Shown: positions 14,701-26,412 of the stretch, piece by piece
Layout: each line of letters begins with the position of its first letter
Numbering within the stretch: position 1 is the stretch's first letter
Assembly: GCA_030141605.1 (NCBI GenBank)
Contig: JAQGDQ010000234.1
Location: forward strand, 124,001 to 188,000
Source of the DNA: Tubiluchus corallicola
Lineage: Eukaryota > Animalia > Priapulida
Direction: 5' to 3'
Length of the DNA: 64,000 nucleotides
Position numbers and translations under genes: made by a program
Notes under the pieces: generated by a model
The model's input: the letters and a program-made list of their open reading frames with translations, nothing else
Told to the model about the DNA's origin: nothing
The model's database searches: none

Positions 14701-15490
14701 AGTAATGCTGCATAAGCTGCACAAAAGGAAAAAAAGTGAATAGATAAGCTAAAGAAATGACGATTACTACTTGTTACATAAGTTACAGTTTGAAAACTTA
14801 TTAATCAACTAGATAATCTATTACTTTAGAAACAACAGAAAGCACTGTATACATTTATACTTGCAGCCTAGTGCAAAAACACTTGCACCTGGAATTTTCA
14901 TTTATGACCACCACAGAATAACAGTGAATTGGAATTTTTAACAATAATGGCAGGTAGTGCCATATGTATTAGTGATAATTTCTATTCATGCCAATAAGTG
15001 AAAGTTTATAAACATTTCCTGTGAGGACTTGGTTTGTTGGCATAATTTCTTTCACCTGTTGGACAAACAAATTGATTGAGTGGTTTACAATAAAATGCTG
15101 TCAACTATAAATTGTTCAGTTATTTACATCAAAAGTTCATTATGAACTCGTTCCAAGATATTTTTTGCCAAATAGTTTAAATGACCAAGTTTTCCACTTT
15201 ACAGTTTATGTGATCGGCCTCATGTGTGATTGTGATACTGTTTTTATCTTATGTTGAAAGTATCTACCACATTAAACTTATATGTACTACGTACTAGCTA
15301 AATGTGTGATGTTCAATGTATGTATAATCATATTCTTTCTGCAGATGACAATTGTCCAATGCACTACGACGATGGAATAAATCCATGGAAAGAAAATCTG
15401 TTTGTGGAATATTTAAGTGGACAACAACATTTGCAGAGAAATTCTGTATTCATTTCATTGCTTATATCTCTTGCCTTATTACTTTGCTGA
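5730..15490 (+). CDS. Uncharacterised secreted, putatively GPI-anchored Cys-rich protein (~616 aa, 14 exons)
   Basis: Exons 5730-5793, 6533-6734, 7160-7221, 7674-7763, 8317-8529, 8791-8897, 9364-9469, 9726-9942, 10316-10434, 10951-11073, 13152-13304, 13907-14013, 14405-14546, 15345-15490. All are GT-AG and phase-consistent, totalling 1851 nt. N-terminal signal peptide MVALRLFVCCAAVLTLFASIA; hydrophobic tail SVFISLLISLALLLC*. From memory it resembles the invertebrate PTHR22255/DUF7042-7045-type proteins (unverified). Confidence 0.88.
7314..7410. repeat. Tandem duplication of a 48-bp unit in an intron
   Basis: TCCTATCTTCCTTTAGTGAATATTGTTAA(c/t)TTTGAGGTTAGCTATCTG occurs twice. Confidence 0.9.
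9124..9247. mobile_element. Truncated copy of the TA-flanked MITE at 28367-28550
   Basis: TA|CAGTCAAACCTC start, plus the shared internal stretch TTTGGCATTATAATAAGGT(g/a)CATTAATACA...ATGCAAATATAGACATTTTGTT. Confidence 0.7.
11433..13040. mobile_element. Old TIR element (possibly hAT-like) hosting a nested Harbinger-like MITE
   Basis: The left end TAGTGATGGAATGAACC...TTGCCAGATTGAGC is a degenerate inverted match to the right end GCTCAATTTGGCAA...GGTCGGTCCACCAC. Confidence 0.45.
11623..12589. mobile_element. PIF/Harbinger-like non-autonomous element
   Basis: ~40-bp TIR GGCCG(a/c)GTTTCCACTGCG(c/t)CCGCACAGACACAGACTTTT at both ends, with a 3-bp TTA duplication (11620-11622 and 12590-12592). Confidence 0.85.
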
Positions 15491-16788
15491 AAGCTTGGAG
15501 TTTACTGCCCTCTGTCATTTTAAGCTATATTTGTTATATGATATTGTACAGATTGTACAGCACAGTTGTTTTATAAGTACTAATTGTGCCCATTTTGTAG
15601 TTTTGTAACTTAGCTTTTAAAATCATTGTCTTTTAAAATTTTTAATACTTTGCTTTTATTTAGTGTGTAATAATCTGCTTATTTGTACTCAATTCTCATT
15701 TCTCAGTTGTACTTTTAAGGAATCTCAGTCATTATATTAGGTTCGAGGGTAATGGTCGCACTAATTAATAATTTTAGCGCTAATTAAGCCCATTAATTGA
15801 GATAGATGGGTGGTCCCCAGGAAAATTGCTTCTGGTGATTTATCCTGGCATACTACTTCCAGTTACTTGCTTTTAGAGGGATGAAGTATACACTCCATAT
15901 TGTAGTTAAGACACCACTTTTGGTCCCATGCTTAATGTTAGAAGATGAGATAATAAGTAAGTAAGCTTCTGGTTCCTCTACAGCCACCTACATTAAGGTA
16001 AGGCTTTCCTGTTAAGTGTCGGTTTCGTGCTTACAGAATGCTGGTCATTTATCATTTTGAGCGAAACATTGAAGATGTACTGTCGTGCAAGACCAACACT
16101 GCCTGTATGGTAACACACGTTTATCAACTTTTTAATCTTATTACAGCTTATTATTATGAATGTTTTGCAATTTTTATTTTTAAACTTTTGAATGTTTTAA
16201 TATTATTTGTCCTCTCATGTTGGATACAATCTCTTATTATCAATTATCAAGTAAGACTTAAATCTTTTTGTACTAAAAAGTACAGTCTGTGATGTATTTT
16301 TGACTCTGCATAATTATGTATTTGCTTATAAAACTATAGCAGCCAGGTTTAAAAAATCTAACAGTGTAACTGTAATTATAGTAAAGTATTTATAATCCAG
16401 TCCAATTGGAAGAAGGTAAGTGTGTGCACTGTGTCGAATATCTAAGCACCTTTTAATACAGATTATACAGTATAACATAAGAATGCTTTTACTTCCTTGA
16501 AATACTTGAATGGATAAAAACTGAACATTTCTGGCTTATTTGATGCAGCAATCAAAAAGAATCAGATAATATGGAAAATGGAGAATTTATTCTACCACAG
16601 AAGTGTGTGATTAACAAGAGTTCATTGTAAGGTTTAATAATTTACTGTGTGACGTTGTGCTGTTTAATAAGCACTATCAAAATAAAAAAACTGATTTATG
16701 AATATTTTTGCAAAATTGACAGGAATAAAAATCACATTTTTTGTGAACATATTACTGGTACATATATTTACTCGGCATATGTTCATTA

Positions 16789-16923
16789 TGTAAATGCTTC
16801 CACAAACTCAGATCCCTGTGACGTTACGCTCCATAATAAATGGGCCTTGCAGTTTTAAAAAACTGCACGGCATATTAATTTTACTATTGAACGTGATGTC
16901 ACAGGGATCTGAGTTCATTTACA
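16789..16923. repeat. ~135-bp imperfect palindrome/hairpin
   Basis: AACTCAGATCCCTGTGAC...GTCACAGGGATCTGAGTT, apical TGCAGTTT/AAACTGCA and outer TGTAAATG/CATTTACA. Confidence 0.8.
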
Positions 16924-17039
16924 ACTTTGGGCAGTGGCTCGATCGCAGGACTCTAAAATGAGATAAAAGAGTAGGTGATATACATGTGGAGTGGAGCTTT
17001 CAGTGACTCTTACTAAATCCCTATTAACTCATTATGCCT

Positions 17040-17395
17040 GAGAGCTGATTTGCAACTAGAGCATCAAAGGAAACCGCAAGGCAAGTGATTCAATGTTTAG
17101 CTTCCAGAAATTCTTTGGGTAACCAGGTTAATTACAGTGTGCGAGCGCGTAACAGATTCAAAGCAAAACCGCTACGCTAGCGTATTGGCGCATGATAAAC
17201 GTACCTGTTTACAAACAAAACGGTACTTAACATGAATGTTTCTACATATATAATGCGCAAAAGGGAAGTAAAGATGACATAAAAGTAGGAAGGCTGTTTG
17301 GGCATTTACCGATACTTTTTATGTATATTTGAGTAGAAGCGGCCCGTTAAGCCATTGAGTCTATTAACCGTGAGTCTGTTAAGCGGTGACTACTG
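17040..17395. mobile_element. Partial copy (right half) of the MITE family at 25201-26064
   Basis: Shares AATGTTTAGCTTCCAGAAA, CAGATTCAAAGCAAAAC.GCTACGCTAGC and TGAGTCTATTAACCG with that element; ends in ...ACTACTG|TA. Confidence 0.7.
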
Positions 17396-18019
17396 TATTG
17401 CAAAAACAATTATATTCGTAAAGAGCTAAACGTATAAGCAAACAAATTAAAACATTACTTTTGCATAACATCATGACTTTGACACACAGATGAAAAGCAG
17501 CCAGATTATAAGGCATCTGGGTATAATTAAGGTCTTCTAGCGCAATTCCCAAATACGTATTTGCATAGCTTGTGGTCTATAGGTGATGCGGTCACGTGTA
17601 AATAAATGTAAGGAAATAATGTTAAATTAGAAGAGAGAGACTCGATTGAGCCTTGTCATATAATCACATAATAAGATAGCAATAAGTCTTTAATATCAAA
17701 CTATCTCTTATTATATAACAGTTTCGCTCTTGTGTTCTGTTTAAGAAGAATTGTCTTAAAATTGAAAAATTTAAGCAAAAATAAGTACCAACATATCGTT
17801 AGTTTATAATCAAACTCATCACGAGAAATGCATAATTCTACAAGTTTTTTTGTAACAATAAGAGATTGATTTTTTTTTAATTTCATACATACAGACACTT
17901 CAAAAAATTTATTAGCACTATGGTTTCGATTTTTGATACTGAAATTGAAAACATTAAATTTTTACATCTGTTAATTTTTATAAGCAAACACTTCATTATC
18001 AAGACCTTTTGACGTACAA

Positions 18020-19895
18020 GAGACAGGCAAAGCTGACTCAAGCGACAATATAACGTGCTAAACGAAACTTTGAAACCAAACTAGCCTTAAATATCAAAGA
18101 TGATGCACACTCTTTCTGGCGGTATGGTAATGCAGACAGAACTAGTCGTCCTAAGGCTGGTCCACTAACCACTGCTTTCAATGAAACAACATCTGACCCA
18201 GGATTAATGGCAGAAATTCTAAATACCCAGTTCCAGTGTGTTTTTACAGTTGAGAATCTGACAAATTTACCACAAGTACCTAGAAAGGGGATGGAGTTTT
18301 ATGTACTGTTACCATAACTCAGCATGATGTACACAATTGTTACTTGGACTAAGAGCCAATGCATCAGCAGGACCAGACCTAATTCACCCAAAAATACTGA
18401 TTCACTGGTCAAGCCACTGACATTAATCTTCAGAAAGTCTTTAGCTACTGGTGATATTCCCAGTGATTGGAAGTTATCTCACATTAGTCCGATTCATAAA
18501 AAGAGACCTAAAAATAAACCTGGAAACTATAGGCCAGTTGCAATTACCAGTACTGTTGGAAAACTGCTGGAGAGGCATGTCGTCAATGCAATACTTGTCT
18601 ATCAGCAAACTAACAGTTATTTAAAAAGATCTCAACATGGGTTTCTCAAAAACGGTCAGTGACAAGTAATTTACTGGAGCTTTTCGAATATGTATTCTCC
18701 ACATTGGATCATGGTAGTCCTCTTGACTTAGTATACCTAGACCTAGCGAAAGCATTTGACAAAGTCCCACATAGAAGATTACTGCTTAAACTTGAGGCAT
18801 ATGATATTCAAGGACAACTCCAGTTAAAACTGGATAGTAGCATGGTTACGTGACAGATTCCAATATGTCGAAGTTGATCGTTGTCCTTTTTCTACTGTCC
18901 CAGGTTTATCAGGAGTGCCACAAGGAAGTGTCCTCAGACCCCTGTTATTTCTTATCTTTATTGACGAGATGGATGATAATGTAGTTAGTTGGCTACTCAA
19001 ATTAGCTGACGATATCCAAGAAGACTTGCAGCAAATCTGTGCATGGGCTGATAAATGGCAGATAGATTTTAACACACTCGATGGTAAATGCATGGTGATG
19101 CATGTGGGTAATCAGACCAATCCAGCCACATACAGCTTTGGTGATGTCGATTTGCTTATAATCACTAAGGAGGTGGATCTTTGACTGTTAGCAGATAGCA
19201 AACTAAATTTTTGCAGTCATGTCTCTAAGAAAATTACTAAGAGTAACAAAATCCTTGGATTAATTAGTAAAACCATAACTTCCAGAAGAGCTGAGATAAT
19301 TCTCTCTATATAAATCTCTTGTTCGTCCTCATCTTGAATACGTCAGTCAGGTATGGGGGGGGGGGGGGGCTCACTATCTCAAGGACATCCATGCTCTGGA
19401 GCAGGTACAAGCACGAGCTGTGGATATGATCATAGGTCTTGAAGGACTCTCATATTCACAAAAACTGCAAAAATTAGACCTGTATCAACTTTCTGCAAGA
19501 AGACGTAGGGGGAGACTTATTGAAACGCTTGAGATCAATGCAAATCAGTATTTTACACTCAATAGAAGCATTACACGTGGGCATAGTGTTAAGTTGTACA
19601 AGCATATGGTTAATACTGAAAAGTATCGGCATAGTTTTTTACAAGCTGAAGTAATACTGTGGAACTGGAATCATTAGTGAGCGCAAATAATGTAAATAGT
19701 TTTAAACATAAACTTGACTCAGAACTCCATGTGAGAAACCTCCTATTATAATACTAGTCAGTAAAATTAGAAGGAGAGTAAACTAACAACGTACAACTGG
19801 CAAGGGTGTGCTGTGGTTAGCTACTCGGTGGATGAGAAATTGGTGCAAGAGACGGAAATCAGGGTTTACTCACCACGAAGGTGAGTTATTAATGA

Positions 19896-19942
<47 letters not shown>
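18020..19942 (+). mobile_element. 5'-truncated, decayed CR1-clade LINE (ORF2 reverse transcriptase) with an (ATT)n 3' tail
   Basis: Frameshifted fragments PGNYRPVAITSTVGKLLE, SQHGF, DLVYLDLAKAFDKVPHRRLLLKL, GVPQGSVLRP, LADD, YKSLVRPHLEY and TRGHSVKL, ending in an (ATT)n microsatellite at ~19900-19942. Confidence 0.92.
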
Positions 19943-19943
<1 letters not shown>

Positions 19944-20629
19944 GGTATAATTACATTTATTAACAGGTCTCAGAGTTTGATTGCAGTGATTGGTATTTAG
20001 GTAATATTGTGCCTGATAGAATATCCATGGTGACCAGTCATCTGTATGAAGTGTTAATTCTAGTGAAGAAGAATCCTTGGAGTAAACAAGTTCACATAAG
20101 AAGACTACATTGAATTGAGCATGTACTATGACTAGCCCTGGAATGTCCACTTCCTATAGCATCTCGTAAAGCTCTTAAAAGGACCAAAAAGGTGACAGGG
20201 GTCAGCTACGGGCGTATATATATTATAGATATACTGCAAAAACATTTAGGAAATGCATGTACTACAGCTCTAAATTTGGGGGATGAGATGCATCGTGGTC
20301 TTGGCGCCTGGCGGTAGTCCCGACGTCGACTTGCTGAAAAGAAGTGGTCTTGCGGCAGAACACAAATCATTATACCACATGTCACAAATTTCAGCGCTTC
20401 CTAGCGGTGACCTTATTTCTGCCATTTCACCACTGTCGTTTCATTGTCGTAAGGTTTTTGTGGTGCATTGCACGTTGACTACATTCATTCATTACGTAAG
20501 AGCGTTTTTATTTTACCAAATTGTATTTATTTCTAATGATAGTATTTTACAAGGATTTAAAGATTTTGTCCGATTACCGACGGTAAGAATTAGCTGACTG
20601 AACTCTTGAGGTATAAAAACTTTGAAATA

Positions 20630-21742
20630 ATGTATGAGATTTGTGGTAACTCACAATCAGATTTCTTTTTGGATAGCTATGATGGATGTGGTAACACTTC
20701 AGAATGGTGGGACTGCGTTCCGGGCTTGACATTACGTGGAAACACCAAGCTTCATGAAGACGACATTAATATGCTTCGTGAAGATATTAATATAAATGTT
20801 GGAGAGTTGTTTCCTGAAGTGATGTTAGAGGAAGCAATATCTGATTGCAGTGATTTGTCTCCAATTCCAAATATTGATGATGATCATCAGCTTTATTACT
20901 CTAATGAAGATTCTCCATTATCTACGATTACAGAGGACCGACAAATCGCAGAAGTTTTAAGGGAATATACCATCAAGGAGGAGAAAGAGCTTGTCCACGG
21001 AGGCCCTGACAGGCAGTTTGTCGAATCAGAATTGTTTGTAACTGATGAGGAAAACAAAAGAGGAGGCATTTCTGGCAATTACATACACTTACCAGCATCA
21101 AAACAAACAACTTGCACAAAGTCTGCTAAATGTGGCACTTACAGAAATAAAACATCTGCTGAAAGAAAAAATACCTTTGACATGGAACGTCAAAATTGCT
21201 CCTTCAGAAATGGACTTTCAAAAAATGCGATTGCAGCAAGAGAAAATAGACAGAAGAAAAAGGCTTATGTGCGAAACCTAGAGGAAACGGTCGACAGGCT
21301 AACAAATGTAAATAAAAAGCTTGTACGTTCATTTGGAAAATTGAAGAGCAAAGCTACCCTGTTAGAGACTGAAGTAAAATACTTGAGGAATGTACTTGCC
21401 AATGAGAGTGAATTGGCTGTTTTGCTAAAAAATATTAACAGTACAAAATTGAAATTACAAACGCATTTCAGCATAGAAAGTGGTCATGGTTTGCAGTCTT
21501 CTTTATCAAGTGAAGAAAGCAATAATAATGTTTATCCAAGCTGTGCAGCACACAAGCCTGTCTTGGACAGAAGTAATGCAGTTACAACTTCATCAGGTGG
21601 TGTGTGCCTTCATGTTGACAGTAAAAAAATTAGTCTTGAATTCTGTGCTTTGTGTAGTGAAAAAGCTAGTAGGATTCATCTTGATTCGGTTCATCGCGAT
21701 CATTGCTACGAAGCTTTAGATTCAGATGATTTCTCTGAGTGA
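20630..21742 (+). CDS. CREBZF: CREB/ATF bZIP transcription factor (Zhangfei-like), single-exon CDS, 370 aa from the first in-frame ATG
   Basis: Acidic N-terminus; basic region SKNAIAARENRQKKKAYVRNLE followed by a leucine zipper; YLRNVLANESELAVLL; C-terminal GGVCLHVDSKKISLEFCALCS typical of CREBZF; DHCY HCF-binding-like motif. Confidence 0.9.
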   Translation: MYEICGNSQSDFFLDSYDGCGNTSEWWDCVPGLTLRGNTKLHEDDINMLREDININVGELFPEVMLEEAISDCSDLSPIPNIDDDHQLYYSNEDSPLSTITEDRQIAEVLREYTIKEEKELVHGGPDRQFVESELFVTDEENKRGGISGNYIHLPASKQTTCTKSAKCGTYRNKTSAERKNTFDMERQNCSFRNGLSKNAIAARENRQKKKAYVRNLEETVDRLTNVNKKLVRSFGKLKSKATLLETEVKYLRNVLANESELAVLLKNINSTKLKLQTHFSIESGHGLQSSLSSEESNNNVYPSCAAHKPVLDRSNAVTTSSGGVCLHVDSKKISLEFCALCSEKASRIHLDSVHRDHCYEALDSDDFSE

Positions 21743-24700
21743 CACAGCCTCACATTGTTGGACTCATTAATGAAGCAAAAAGCTGACTGTTGATAAAAAG
21801 TTCCATGAACATTACTTCATTCTGTACATGGAGGATTGCAAATGGTCGGTATTTTCTTTTGTGTATATAGAAAAGTTTGTTTGTTATAGATTTGACTGAC
21901 ATATAATGCCTGTTTACTGTAAGTTGGTTAGTTAAAATTTTTGCTTGTCAAAGCACAATTTTTTATGTTAAAATAGCATGAAACAAAAATGCATAGAGTG
22001 GCACCATCGACATTCGCTCCTACAAACTTAATTTCGATACAACCATTTATGCAGTGCCTGTAAAAAGCTACCGTTTATATCATAATGTATCACATATCTT
22101 CTAGTATTCGATGATTGTTTTAGGTTTGAACTTTGTGAATGCAGAATTGGTTCCATGCTGTGGAAAGCTGAGGTTTCATCAACGGTGTAGTATACTGAAA
22201 ATGGTCTGTGTAGATTATAGCTTATGTAATTTCACAGTTCACAGCATTTTAAAATGTAAATTAAATGATCATAATACCATGATCATAATAAAGTGACTAT
22301 AATACCATGTGTGTCTATATATTTTTATTTCGTATTTGATATTTATGTCTGTCATGTTATTTAGGATAATTTATAACTTTCTTTCTCTTTTTCAGTGAAT
22401 CCATTGATATTTAATAGTATTTTGTTGACTATATACTTCTTGTGGAGGTATTTTTCTTTTCCTTTTTCCATTTCAGGCATTTGATGTATGAAAGTCATGA
22501 TCCTGGAAAATCTTGGTTAGTATTTTCATTTGCTTGATAACGATTATAGTAGTGCTACAAGTGCACAGGTAGAGATATGAAGGCTAAAGGTGACAGTTCT
22601 ATTCAAAGAACTAACATTACATTGTTTTCAAAAAAAATAATTAAAAATCACTGGTATCAAAGTTTTAAATTGCTGCAAACATTGATTTCCTGCAATTGTG
22701 AAAAGTGGTTGGATTTTATCTATTTCAGCTTGTTATTTATCATATATCAAGTTGTGTTTAGAAAAAAATTAAGTGCCCTTGTTTAGAAAGTTCAAATTTG
22801 CCTAACAGATTGCTATTTTCATTAAACAAGCTCTATAGCCAACTTACTAGTCACTTATCCAGTAAAAAAGTTATTTTTTTAAATATTTCTTCTGGACTCT
22901 ATAATTAATTGCTTTTGCAATTAATGTAGATATAAAAAATTTATGTGTCATTTTCATGCTATTTTTTCAAGTAGGCACCTCTTTCATTTTTTATGGGCTT
23001 GTCAAATACTTACTGCAACTAGATTTTATACGCATAACATATATAAATGTGGTGTGGCATTTAGAAATCATCTAAAGTTGCTCGTGAATGTAAATATACT
23101 AACTTTATAGACTGATTTTCATAATAAATTGTGCAAAAGTATTATTCTGAAATTAAGACATCAGTCATGTGTGAACTAAATGTTTTTCTGTGAAATTTTC
23201 TGCTAACTTTAGCTTCCTTCCGGATGTCACATCATATACACTTATCATATTATAGTACAGTGAACGAAATTATTTTTAAGGTTAAAGTCGCACAGTTATA
23301 CAACCCAGGGTTAGCCTATGTGTTCTGTAAGTATTATTTTTGTTTTGGTTGATGTAAATACAGTTAACAGAGAGAAGTTGTTGAAGCATGTCAAAAAAAA
23401 TCTAAAAAATGTGTAACCTGATCGTATGTTGAAATTAGTGATGTGTAATAATTTTCTTGTTTCTATCGATGTTTAAGAGATTTTGGCTTGAAACTTGTCT
23501 AAGAATTTGCATGACTATTAATAAGTACGATTTACCCATACTTGATTTTAATACGTGATGACAGACTGTTGTAAAATTGAAAGTTTTATATGTAAAGGTA
23601 AATCTTACAAAAATAATCTGACATTTTCATTGTAACTTTTGTGTCAAATTATGAAAAAATAAAATTATATAACTATAAATTCATCATTTTCACTGCTACG
23701 TTGAACTTGTGTTTAATATTTGAAAAATTTGACCTGCCTAGATTCCAAATTTAAAAATTTACATTTATAGAAATTACTTCCAAAAATTTGACTGTTATTT
23801 ATTTACACAGAACTGGTTGCTTACGTATGCCGCAAAACATCTTGTACAACATGAAACAAGTCATTTCATTAGCTACATATTTACATGCTGCCATTTATAT
23901 AATGTATGATCCGTGCACGCTTCTTGGAATATGTCTATAGTATACATAAAACGCAGATATTTTATTTCTTCGTCTAGTGTCAGAGCTGCGTGATAATATA
24001 ACTCCGTAGAGCCGCATATTCATGCAATCATTAAATTTCTCGGTGGATGTACCATTTGCTTATGTAGTTATTTATTGAAGGTTTCAGAGCTAAATATTAA
24101 GAACTGTAAATTAATGTTTTAAGACAGGCAAACTATTGTTTACTTTGTAGTTTGCACTAATTAATATACTTTAAAATAACTACTAATTATTGATTGTTTG
24201 TTTTGAATAATTTTTCACCACTTGTTTTGCATAATTTATTAGCAAATGCTGAGCAATGATGACAGTTAAACACCTAATGCACTGCAGCTCAGAATAGGAC
24301 CACCCATTTATAGGAACACACCCACTGCATTGCAGCTCAGAATAGGACCATAAAGAGCATTCAGCAGTAAAATTTAATGTGCAATGCTACATGTCAGTCT
24401 CGGTTCACCTATCTCACTACTCGTTCTGCAATCAGATTAGCATTTATATACGTGCGTGTTTAAAAGTAATGTTAACATGCTTGTTAATGTAAAGAGATCG
24501 TTCTGAGATAGCAACTGGCAGGATAGCAGGCAGAAATATAGAATCTACTTCACTTTAACCTGGAAAAGCCACCCAGAGCTGATTCTAAAGTGTTAATTTT
24601 CTCCAAAAACAATGAACTGAACACAACAATTAGTCCAGTGTTTTCTCAGATATAGCAGTGGGTTATCTCTTGGGAAGGCAGGTGCATAAACAGCTACTAC

Positions 24701-25200
24701 TGTGATTACATTTTTAAGGCACAGTATTTTTCCCCAAAGCAATGATTTTTCGAATCACAACAGTGCCTGTAGACAACGTTTATACCTTTTTGAGATAAGC
24801 AGAGCAAAATTAACGTGTTTTACAAAAATTATTCCCCTAAAATATACCGCATTTACAGAAATATACAGAACCACATTATGGAGTCTACTAGGCATTTTGA
24901 TGAAGAAATCTGACTGCTTTGATACAAATTATTTTTGTTTAAAATAGAAATTTATTGTAATAAATAATTTTGTGCAAATACAAATGAAAAAGCAACAGCA
25001 TAACAAAAGTTTAGCAATTAAGTAAAAATCTAAAATCCCGGAATGACATAAATGCATACTCCGAAATGCCTAAATACAAAATATAAGAGCCGCGATAGGT
25101 TAGCTTAGATTAATAGAAGTGTAGATGCTATGATAACTGTATTATGTAAGTACATTTTATATACAATTGAACAGTTCTTGTTAAAATCGATGTTATACTA

Positions 25201-26064
25201 CAGTAGGCGCCACTTAATAGACTCACTTTGGAATGAAATTAACCGACTTATTTAATTAGCCAGTGGGTGTAGCATGTTACTACTGTAGAAGTATGAGTCA
25301 TCACTCTTCAGCTTAGTATGCACTACAAGGCTTCAAGTACGTTCTAGAATCGAATTAATTTCAAATTTATTATGCGCAATTATTTGAGAATACTAGTAAA
25401 AATTGCACAAGTATGATTATTACTACTAAAAATCACAAGAATTGTCCAAGCTTAATTGCTTCATATCTTATATTGATAAAAACATTGGAAAAGTGTTGCT
25501 CGGCGTGCTGTATATACATTTACTAGTCACCTATGCAAAACAACTAGTCACCTAGTGCTAGAGCTGCAGTTGGCGATAACCCTGTTTCCCCTGCGAAAAG
25601 CAGCAGGAGCGTCAAAAGCAAGCCTCTGGGCAAGTGATTAAATGTTTAGCTTCCAGAAACAAGGTTAGCTGCGGTGGATGAGCGGGTGGCAGATTCAAAG
25701 CAAAACTGCTACGCTAGCATATTAGCGCAAGATATTCAAACATGCTTACAAAGCTGTACTTACTATGAGTGTTTCTACATACATTGTAGTGCACAAAAGT
25801 GGCGTAGAAATTACACAAAAGCAGTAAAAGCTCTATGGTCACAGAAGCGCCTTATTTGAAGGTCACCTTTATTTGGTCACACACAAGTGTCTTATTCACA
25901 TAAGTACGTGAACGAAAAATATAGAGTTAATTATGCGGATTTATTTGAGTCAATTGCCGATAGTTTTTACGTACATTTGAATAGAAACTTCCCATACCAG
26001 ACATTTTTGAGTCAATTAAGCAACTGAGTCTATTAACCGCAAGTCTCATAAATGGTGCCTAGTG
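25201..26064. mobile_element. TA-flanked MITE (Tc1/pogo-like)
   Basis: Imperfect TIRs TA|CAGTAGGCGCCACTTAAT...ATAAATGGTGCCTAGTG|TA; a second partial copy lies at 17040-17395. Confidence 0.7.
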
Positions 26065-26412
26065 TAGTAACATTTTGAGTGAAAAACAGAGATTCAAGGA
26101 TTTGTTCCAAGTAAATTAAATTGTTATAGATATCTTTTTGCAATTATTACATGCAAATGGTAACAGATTGAAGATGATGTTATCATCTGTCACTAACACT
26201 GACATTGTCAGCATTTTATAAACATAACGTGCATTTGTTTTTAAAATTACGCTCAAATAAATAAAAACGTGTCCATAGCACATATCCACAGTTGGCTTAC
26301 AAAGTGAGATATTTACCATAGTACCGTTACAGCAACATATTTTGTGCTCACAGATTAGTACCACAGTCATTTTAAGTATCCATCACAACAGATAAGATGT
26401 TAAATGAGAATG

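Noticed and set aside
15485-15525. Cys-TGA end as a possible selenocysteine or readthrough site
   Set aside because: No SECIS was recognised, and the hydrophobic tail ending at the TGA fits a GPI signal.
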